From assembly GCF_036321535.1 (NCBI RefSeq), contig NC_087436.1:1240001-1304000 (forward strand): a stretch of 64,000 nucleotides of DNA, given 5' to 3'. The stretch comes from Camelus dromedarius. Taxonomy: Eukaryota. This document shows positions 54,471 to 64,000 of the stretch, in pieces; within the stretch, counting starts at the first letter, position 1, and each line of letters opens with the position of its first letter. The notes under the pieces are model-generated. The model ran no database searches, was not told where the DNA came from, and worked only from the letters and a program-made list of their open reading frames with translations. A program made the translations under genes and the position numbers.

Positions 54471-54756
54471 CGAGTTGGAGCTAGTACCTCCCCATATATA
54501 TGTATGGAATGGAGTTTGCAACTGAAAAGAAACTCTGTGTTCCCAACAAGCTAGGTGAAGGACGGCTTTCACACACACTTATCTCTCAGAACTGAGCAAG
54601 TGGAGAGACGTTCGTTCATCTAGCACCAAGGGAACGGGTTGCAGGAGACACTTTTTCTCTGCTTTCTCTGTCTGTTTCCTAGTGCCGGTTTGAGGTTCCT
54701 GCAGTTTTCACTGTAAAACCGAGTTGGAGCTAGTACCTCCCCATATATATGTATGG

Positions 54757-57700
54757 AATGGAGTTTGCAACTGAAAAGAAACTTTGTGTTCCCAACAAGC
54801 TAGGTGAAGGACGGCTTTCACACACACTTATCTCTCAGAACTGAGCAAGTGGAGAGACGTTCGTTCATCTAGCACCAAGGGAACGGGTTGCAGGAGACAC
54901 TTTTTCTCTGCTTTCTCAGTCTGTTTCCTAGTGCCGGTTTGAAGTTCCTGCAGTTTTCACTGTAAAACCGAGTTGGAGCTAGTACCTCCCCATATATATG
55001 TATGGAATGGGGTTTGCAACTGAAAAGAAACTTTGTGTTCCCAACAAGCTAGGTGAAGGACGGCTTTCACACACACTTATCTCTCAGAACTGAGCAAGTG
55101 GAGAGACGTTCGTTCATCTAGCACCAAGGGAACGGGTTGCAGGAGACACTTTTTCTCTGCTTTCTCAGTCTGTTTCCTAGTGCCGGTTTGAAGTTCCTGC
55201 AGTTTTCACTGTAAAACCGAGTTGGAGCTAGTACCTCCCCATATATATGTATGGAATGGTGTTTGCAACTGAAAAGAAACTTTGTGTTCCCAACAAGCTA
55301 GGTGAAGGACGGCTTTCACACACACTTATCTCTCAGAACTGAGGAAGTGGAGAGACGTTCTTTCATCTAGCACCAAGGGAACGGGTTGCAGGAGACACTT
55401 TTTCTCTGCTTTCTCAGTCTGTTTCCTAGTGCCGGTTTGAAGTTCCTGCAGTTTTCACTGTAAAACCGAGTTGGAGCTTGTACCTCCCAATATATATGTA
55501 TGGAATGGAGTTTGCAACTGAAAAGAATCTTTGTGTTCCCAACAAGCTAGGTGAAGGACGGCTTTCACACACACTTATCTCTCAGAACTGAGCAAGTGGA
55601 GAGACGTTCGTTCATCTAGCACCAAGGGAACGGGTTGCAGGAGACACTTTTTCTCTGCTTTCTCAGTCTGTTTCCTAGTGCCGGTTTGAAGTTCCTGCAG
55701 TTTTCACTGTAAAACCGAGTTGGAGCTAGTACCTCCCCATATATATGTATGGAATGGATTTTGCAACTGAAAAGAAACTTTGTGTTCCCAACAAGCTAGG
55801 TGAAGGACGGCTTTCACACACACTTATCTCTCAGAACTGAGCAAGTGGAGAGACGTTCGTTCATCTAGCACCAAGGGAACGGGTTGCAGGAGACACTTTT
55901 TCTCTGCTTTCTCAGTCTGTTTCCTAGTGCCGGTTTGAAGTTCCTGCAGTTTTCACGGTAAAACCGAGTTGGAGCTAGTACCTCCCCATATATATGTATG
56001 GAATGGAGTTTGCAACTGAAAAGAAACTTTGTGTTCCCAAGAAGCTAGGTGAAGGACGGCTTTCACACACACTTATCTCTCAGAACTGAGCAAGTGGAGA
56101 GAAGTTCGTTCATCTAGCACCAAGGGAACGGGTTGCAGGAGACACTTTTTCTCTGCTTTCTCAGTCTGTTTCCTAGTGCCGGTTTGAAGTTCCTGCAGTT
56201 TTCACTGTAAAACCGAGTTGGAGCTAGTACCTCCCCATATATATGTATGGAATGGAGAATGCAACTGAAAAGAAACTTTGTGTTCCCAACAAGCTAGGTG
56301 AAGGACGGCTTTCACACACACTTATCTCTCAGAACTGAGCAAGTGGAGAGACGTTCGTTCATCTAGCACCAAGGGAACGGGTTGCAGGAGACACTTTTTC
56401 TCTGCTTTCTCAGTCTGTTTCCTAGTGCCGGGTTGATGTTCCTGCAGTTTTCACTGTAAAACCGAGTTGGAGCTAGTACCTCCCCATATATATGTATGGA
56501 ATGGAGTTTGCAACTGAAAAGAAACTTTGTGTTCCCAACAAGCTAGGTGAAGGACGGCTTTCACACACACTTATCTCTCAGAACTGAGCAAGTGGAGATT
56601 CGTTCGTTCATCTAGCACCAAGGGAACGGGTTGCAGGAGACACTTTTTCTCTGCTTTCTCAGTCTGTTTCCTAGTGCCGGTTTGAAGTTCCTGCAGTTTT
56701 CACTGTAAAACCGAGTTGGAGCTAGTACCTCCCCATATATATGTATGGAATGGAGTTTGCAACTGAAAAGAAACTTTGTGTTCCCAACAAGCTAGGTGAA
56801 GGACGGCTTTCACACACACTTATCTCTCAGAACTGAGCAAGTGAAGAGACGTTCGTTCATCTAGCACCAAGGGAACGGGTTGCAGGAGACACTTTTTCTC
56901 TGCTTTCTCAGTCTGTTTCCTAGTGCCGGTTTGAAGTTCCTGCAGTTTTCACTGTAAAACCGAGTTGGAGCTAGTACCTCCCAATATATATGTATGGAAT
57001 GGAGTTTGCAACTGAAAAGAAACTTTGTGTTCCCAACAAGCTAGGTGAAGGACGGCTTTCACACACACTTATTTCTCAGAACTGAGCAAGTGGAGAGACT
57101 TTCGTTCATCTAGCACCAAGGGAACGGGTTGCAGGAGACACTTTCTCTCTGCTTTCTCAGTCTGTTTCCTAGTGCCGGGTTGAAGTTCCTGCAGTTTTCA
57201 CTGTCAAACCGAGTTGGAGCTAGTACCTCCCCATATATATGTATGGAATGGAGTTTGCAACTGAAAAGAAACTTTGTGTTCCCAACAAGCTAGGTGAAGG
57301 ACGGCTTTCACACACACTTATCTCTCAGAACTGAGCAAGTGGAGAGACGTTCGTTCATCTAGCACCAAGGGAACGGGTTGCAGGAGACACTTTTTCTCTG
57401 CTTTCTCAGTCTGTTTCCTAGTGCCGGTTTGAAGTTCCTGCAGTTTTCACTGTAAAACCGAGTTGGAGCTAGTACCTCCCCATATATATGTATGGAATGG
57501 GGTTTGCAACTGAAAAGAAACTTTGTGTTCCCAACAAGCTAGTTGAAGGACGGCTTTCACACACACTTATCTCTCAGAACTGAGCAAGTGGAGAGACGTT
57601 CGTTCATCTAGCACCAAGGGAACGGGTTGCAGGAGACACTTTTTCTCTGCTTTCTCAGTCTGTTTCCTAGTGCCGGTTTGAAGTTCCTGCAGTTTTCACT

Positions 57701-59985
57701 GTAAAACCGAGTTGGAGCTAGTACCTCCCCATATATATGTATGGAATGGTGTTTGCAACTGAAAAGAAACTTTGTGTTCCCAAGAAGCTAGGTGAAGGAC
57801 GGCTTTCACACACACTTATCTCTCAGAACTGAGGAAGTGGAGAGACGTTCTTTCATCTAGCACCAAGGGAACGGGTTGCAGGAGACACTTTTTCTCTGCT
57901 TTCTCAGTCTGTTTCCTAGTGCCGGTTTGAAGTTCCTGCAGTTTTCACTGTAAAACCGAGTTGGAGCTTGTACCTCCCAATATATATGTATGGAATGGAG
58001 TTTGCAACTGAAAAGAATCTTTGTGTTCCCAACAAGCTAGGTGAAGGACGGCTTTCACACACACTTATCTCTCAGAACTGAGCAAGTGGAGAGACGTTCG
58101 TTCATCTAGCACCAAGGGAACGGGTTGCAGGAGACACTTTTTCTCTGCTTTCTCAGTCTGTTTCCTAGTGCCGGTTTGAAGTTCCTGCAGTTTTCACTGT
58201 AAAACCGAGTTGGAGCTAGTACCTCCCCATATATATGTATGGAATGGATTTTGCAACTGAAAAGAAACTTTGTGTTCCCAACAAGCTAGGTGAAGGACGG
58301 CTTTCACACACACTTATCTCTCAGAACTGAGCAAGTGGAGAGACGTTCGTTCATCTAGCACCAAGGGAACGGGTTGCAGGAGACACTTTTTCTCTGCTTT
58401 CTCAGTCTGTTTCCTAGTGCCGGTTTGAAGTTCCTGCAGTTTTCACGGTAAAACCGAGTTGGAGCTAGTACCTCCCCATATATATGTATGGAATGGAGTT
58501 TGCAACTGAAAAGAAACTTTGTGTTCCCAAGAAGCTAGGTGAAGGACGGCTTTCACACACACTTATCTCTCAGAACTGAGCAAGTGGAGAGAAGTTCGTT
58601 CATCTAGCAACAAGGGAACGGGTTGCAGGAGACACTTTTTCTCTGCTTTCTCAGTCTGTTTCCTAGTGCCGGTTTGAAGTTCCTGCAGTTTTCACTGTAA
58701 AACCGAGTTGGAGCTAGTACCTCCCCATATATATGTATGGAATGGAGAATGCAACTGAAAAGAAACTTTGTGTTCCCAACAAGCTAGGTGAAGGACGGCT
58801 TTCACACACACTTATCTCTCAGAACTGAGCAAGTGGAGAGACGTTCGTTCATCTAGCACCAAGGGAACGGGTTGCAGGAGACACTTTTTCTCTGCTTTCT
58901 CAGTCTGTTTCCTAGTGCCGGGTTGATGTTCCTGCAGTTTTCACTGTAAAACCGAGTTGGAGCTAGTACCTCCCCATATATATGTATGGAATGGAGTTTG
59001 CAACTGAAAAGAAACTTTGTGTTCCCAACAAGCTAGGTGAAGGACGGCTTTCACACACACTTATCTCTCAGAACTGAGCAAGTGGAGATTCGTTCGTTCA
59101 TCTAGCACCAAGGGAACGGGTTGCAGGAGACACTTTTTCTCTGCTTTCTCAGTCTGTTTCCTAGTGCCGGTTTGAAGTTCCTGCAGTTTTCACTGTAAAA
59201 CCGAGTTGGAGCTAGTACCTCCCCATATATATGTATGGAATGGAGTTTGCAACTGAAAAGAAACTTTGTGTTCCCAACAAGCTAGGTGAAGGACGGCTTT
59301 CACACACACTTATCTCTCAGAACTGAGCAAGTGGAGAGACGTTCGTTCATCTAGCACCAAGGGAACGGGTTGCAGGAGACACTTTTTCTCTGCTTTCTCA
59401 GTCTGTTTCCTAGTGCCGGTTTGAAGTTCCTGCAGTTTTCACTGTAAAACCGAGTTGGAGCTAGTACCTCCCAATATATATGTATGGAATGGAGTTTGCA
59501 ACTGAAAAGAAACTTTGTGTTCCCAACAAGCTAGGTGAAGGACGGCTTTCACACACACTTATTTCTCAGAACTGAGCAAGTGGAGAGACTTTCGTTCATC
59601 TAGCACCAAGGGAACGGGTTGCAGGAGACACTTTCTCTCTGCTTTCTCAGTCTGTTTCCTAGAGCCGGGTTGAAGTTCCTGCAGTTTTCACTGTCAAACC
59701 GAGTTGGAGCTAGTACCTCCCCATATATATGTATGGAATGGAGTTTGCAACTGAAAAGAAACTTTGTGTTCCCAACAAGCTAGGTGAAGGACGGCTTTCA
59801 CACACACTTATCTCTCAGAACTGAGCAAGTGGAGAGACGTTCGTTCATCTAGCACCAAGGGAACGGGTTGCAGGAGACACTTTTTCTCTGCTTTCTCAGT
59901 CTGTTTCCTAGTGCCGGTTTGAAGTTCCTGCAGTTTTCACTGTAAAACCGAGTTGGAGCTAGTACCTCCCCATATATATGTATGG
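54757..59985 (+). repeat. Tandem 10-mer duplication (2490-bp unit)
   Basis: AATGGGG at 55006/57496, AATGGTG at 55255/57745, CACGGTA at ~55954/58444, GAGAAT at ~56255/58745, GAGATTC at ~56595/59085 and ATTTCT at 57071/59561. Confidence 0.92.
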
Positions 59986-62900
59986 AATGGAGAATGCAAC
60001 TGAAAAGAAACTTTGTGTTCCCAACAAGCTAGGTGAAGGACGGCTTTCACACACACTTATCTCTCAGAACTGAGCAAGTGGAGAGACGTTCGTTCATCTA
60101 GCACCAAGGGAACGGGTTGCAGGAGACACTTTTTCTCTGCTTTCTCAGTCTGTTTCCTAGTGCCGGTTTGAAGTTCCTGCAGTTTTCACTGTAAAACCGA
60201 GTTGGAGCTAGTACCTCCCCATATATATGTATGGAATGGAGTTTGCAACTGAAAAGAAACTTTGTGTTCCTAACAAGCTAGGTGAAGGACGGCTTTCACA
60301 CACACTTATCTCTCAGAACTGAGCAAGTGGAGATTCGTTCGTTCATCTAGCACCAAGGGAACGGGTTGCAGGAGACACTTTTTCTCTGCTTTCTCAGTCT
60401 GTTTCCTAGTGCCGGTTTGAAGTTCCTGCAGTTTTCACTGTAAAACCGAGTTGGAGCTAGTACCTCCCCATATATATGTATGGAATGGGGTTTGCAACTG
60501 AAAAGAAACTTTGTGTTCCCAACAAGCTAGGTGAAGGACGGCTTTCACACACACTTAACTCTCAGAACTGAGCAAGTGGAGAGACGTTCGTTCATCTAGA
60601 ACCAAGGGAACGGGTTGCAGGAGACACTTTTTCTCTGCTTTCTCAGTATGTTTCCTAGTGCCGGTTTGAAGTTCCTGCAGTTTTCACTGTAAAACCGAGT
60701 TGGAGCTAGTACCTCCCCTTATATAATTATGGAAAGGAGTTTGCAACTGAAAAGAGACTTTGTGTTCCCAACAAGCTAGGTGAAGGAAGGCTTTCACACA
60801 CACTTATCTCTCAGAACTGAGCAAGTGGAGAGACGTTCGTTCATCTAGCACCAAGGGAACGGGTTGCAGGAGACACTTTTTCTCTGCTTTCTCAGTCTGT
60901 TTCCTAGTGCCGGGTTGAAGTTCCTGCAGTTTTCACTGTAAAACCGAGTTGGAGCTAGAACCTCCCCATATATATGTATGGAATGGAGTTTGCAACTGAA
61001 AAGAAACTTTGTGTTCCCAACAATCTAGGTGAAGGACGGCTTTCACACACACTTATCTCTCAGAACTGAGCAAGTTGAGAGACGTTCTTTCATCTAGGAC
61101 CAAGGGAACGGGTTGAAGGAGACACTCTTTCTCTGCTTTCTCAGTCTGTTTCCTAGTGCCGGTTTGAAGTTCCTGCAGTTTTCACTGTCAAACCGAGTTG
61201 GAGCTAGTACCTCCCCATATATATGTATGGAATGGAGTTTGCAACTGAAAAGAAACTTTGTGTTCCCAACAAGCTAGGTGAAGGACGGCTTTCACACACA
61301 CTTATCTCTCAGAACTGAGCAAGTGGAGAGACGTTCGTTCATCTAGCACCAAGGGAACGGGTTGCAGGAGACACTTTTTCTCTGCTTTCTCAGTCTGTTT
61401 CCTAGTGCCGGTTTGAAGTTCCTGCAGTTTTCACTGTCAAACCGAGTTGGAGCTAGTACCTCCCCATATATATGTATGGAATGGAGTTTGCAACTGAAAA
61501 GAAACTTTGTGTTCCCAACAAGCTAGGTGAAGGACGGCTTTCACACACACTTATCTCTCAGAACTGAGGAAGTGGAGAGACGTTCGTTCATCTAGCACCA
61601 AGGGAACGGGTTGCAGGAGACACTTTTTCTCTGCTTTCTCAGTCTGTTTCCTAGTGCCGGTTTGAAGTTCCTGCAGTTTTCACTGTAAAACCGAGTTGGA
61701 GCTAGTACCTCCCAATATATATGTATGGAATGGAGTTTGCAACTGAAAAGAATCTTTGTGTTCCCAACAAGCTAGGTGAAGGACGGCTTTCACACACACT
61801 TATCTCTCAGAACTGAGCAAGTGGAGAGACGTTCGTTCATCTAGCACCAAGGGAACGGGTTGCAGGAGACACTTTTTCTCTGCTTTCTCAGTCTGTTTCC
61901 AAGTGCCGGTTTGAAGTTCCTGCAGTTTTCACTGTAAAACCGAGTTGGAGCTAGTACCTCCCCATATATATGTATGGAATGGAGTTTGCAACTGAAAAGA
62001 AACTTTGTGTTCCCAACAAGCTAGGTGAAGGACGGCTTTCACACACACTTATCTCTCAGAACTGAGCAAGTGGAGAGACGTTCGTTCATCTAGCACCAAG
62101 GGAACGGGTTGCAGGAGACACTTTTTCTCTGCTTTCTCAGTCTGTTTCCTAGTGCCGGTTTGAAGTTCCTGCAGTTTTCACTGTAAAACCGAGTTGGAGC
62201 TAGTACCTCCCAATATATATGTATGGAATGGAGTTTGCAACTGAAAAGAAACTTTGTGTTCCCAACAAGCTAGGTGAAGGACGGCTTTCACACACACTTA
62301 TTTCTCAGAACTGAGCAAGTGGAGAGACGTTCGTTCATCTAGCACCAAGGGAACGGGTTGCAGGAGACACTTTTTCTCTGCTTTCTCAGTCTGTTTCCTA
62401 GTGCCGGGTTGAAGTTCCTGCAGTTTTCACTGTAAAACCGAGTTGGAGCTAGTACCTCCCCATATATATGTATGGAATGGAGTTTGCAACTGAAAAGAAA
62501 CTTTGTGTTCCCAACAAGCTAGGTGAAGGACGGCTTTCACACACACTTATCTCTCAGAACTGAGCAAGTGGAGAGCGTTCGTTCATCTAGCACCAAGGGA
62601 ACGGGTTGCAGGAGGCACTTTTTCTCTGCTTTCTCAGTCTGTTTCCTAGTGCCGGTTTGAAGTTCCTGCAGTTTTCACTGTAAAACCGAGTTGGAGCTAG
62701 TACCTCCCCATATATATGTATGGAATGGAGAATGCAACTGAAAAGAAACTTTGTGTTCCCAACAAGCTAGGTGAAGGACGGCTTTCACACACACTTATCT
62801 CTCAGAACTGAGCAAGTGGAGAGACGTTCGTTCATCTAGCACCAAGGGAACGGGTTGCAGGAGACACTTTTTCTCTGCTTTCTCAGTCTGTTTCCTAGTG

Positions 62901-64000
62901 CCGGGTTGAAGTTCCTGCAGTTTTCACTGTAAAACCGATTTGGAGCTAGTACCTCCCTTTATATATGTATGGAAAGGAGTTTGCAACTGAAAAGAAACTT
63001 TGTGTTCCCAACAAGCTAGGTGAAGGACGGCTTTCACACACACTTATCTCTCAGAACTGAGCAAGTGGAGAGACGTTCGTTCATCCAGCACCAAGGGAAC
63101 GGGTTGCAGTAGACACTTTTTCTCTGCTTTCTAAGTCTGTTTCCTAGTGCCGGTTGGAAGTTCCTGCAGTTTTCACTGTCAAACCGAGTTGGAGCTAGTA
63201 CCTCCCCATATATATGTATGGAATGGAGTTTGCAACTGATAAGAAACTTTGTGTTCCCAACAAGCTAGGTGAAGGACGGCTTTCACACACACTTATCTCT
63301 CAGAACTGAGCAAGTGGAGAGACGTTCGTTCATCTAGCACCAAGGGAACGGGTTGCAGGAGTCACTTTTTCTCTGCTTTCTCAGTCTGTTTCCTAGTGCC
63401 GGTTTGAAGTTCCTGCAGTTTTCACTGTAAAACCGAGTTGGAGCTAGTATCTCCCCATATATATGTATGGAATGGAGTTTACAACTGAAAAGAAACTTTG
63501 TGTTCCCAACAAGCTAGGTGAAGGACGGCTTTCACACACACTTATCTCTCAGAACTGAGCAAGTGGAGAGACGTTCGTTCATCTAGCACCAAGGGAACGG
63601 GTTGCAGGAGACAATTTTTCTCTGCTTTCTCAGTCTGTTTCCTAGTGCCGGTTTGATGTTCCTGCAGTTTTCACTGTAAAACCGAGTTGGAGCTAGTACC
63701 TCCCCATATATATGTATGGAATGGAGTTTGCAACTGAAAAGAAACTTTTTGTTCCCAACAAGCTAGGTGAAGGACGGCTTTCACACCTCCTATTTCTCAG
63801 AACTGAGAAATGGAGAGACGTTCGTTCATCTAGCACCAAGGGAACGGGTTGCAGGAGACACTTTTTCTCAGCTTTCTCAGTCTGTTTCCTAGTGCCGGTT
63901 TGAAGTTCGTGCAGTTTTCACTGTCAAACGGAGTTGGAGCTAGTACCTCCCCTTATATATGTATGGAATGGAGTTTGCAACTGAAAAGAAACTTTGTGTT

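Larger units (their letters stand above)
1..64000 (+). repeat. Tandem satellite DNA array, 249-bp monomer, ~257 copies, single orientation
   Basis: Monomer starts (AATGGAGTTTGCAACTG) at 1, 250, 499, 748, 997 ... 63967; homologous ORFs at 40311 and 40560 are 249 bp apart. Consensus: AATGGAGTTTGCAACTGAAAAGAAACTTTGTGTTCCCAACAAGCTAGGTGAAGGACGGCTTTCACACACACTTATCTCTCAGAACTGAGCAAGTGGAGAGACGTTCGTTCATCTAGCACCAAGGGAACGGGTTGCAGGAGACACTTTTTCTCTGCTTTCTCAGTCTGTTTCCTAGTGCCGGTTTGAAGTTCCTGCAGTTTTCACTGTAAAACCGAGTTGGAGCTAGTACCTCCCCATATATATGTATGG. The consensus has one PstI site (CTGCAG). No non-satellite sequence was seen. Confidence 0.99.

Noticed and set aside
740..63903. All ORFs in the six-frame track (60-102 aa, e.g. 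MYGMEFATEKK...)
   Set aside because: They appear only where a point variant removes a stop codon in the monomer (e.g. ACTGA>ACAGA). They are short, occur in several frames, resemble no protein I recognise and lack gene context.
1..64000. CRISPR array or repeat-spacer system
   Set aside because: There are no unique spacers; the whole 249-bp unit is repeated and no cas genes are present.
1..64000. Inversions, TE insertions or a single fixed higher-order repeat across the window
   Set aside because: Monomer phase is fully accounted for by 27 bp of small deletions, which leaves no room for insertions. Orientation is constant and duplication periods differ by region.

Overview
The whole 64 kb window is one uninterrupted, head-to-tail, single-orientation tandem satellite array with a 249-bp monomer (257 full monomers plus a 34-bp partial one). 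It looks like eukaryotic centromeric or pericentromeric satellite DNA, but I cannot assign an organism or named family. I found no genes, RNA genes or transposon insertions; all listed ORFs are short by-products of the repeat. There are three points of interest. (1) Each monomer hides a ~100-127-bp imperfect foldback whose stem non-matches are mostly G-T on the + strand, plus a second hairpin at the monomer junction. (2) Diagnostic variants reveal a nested history of in-register duplications and deletions of 2, 3, 5, 7, 9, 10, 14, 17, 22, 27/28 and ~31 monomers, with no single fixed higher-order repeat, and two variant layers switching at about 39-41 kb. (3) The mutation pattern is unusual: transversion-dominated, CpGs retained, and indels that are all deletions. 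All alignments were done by eye and need computational confirmation.
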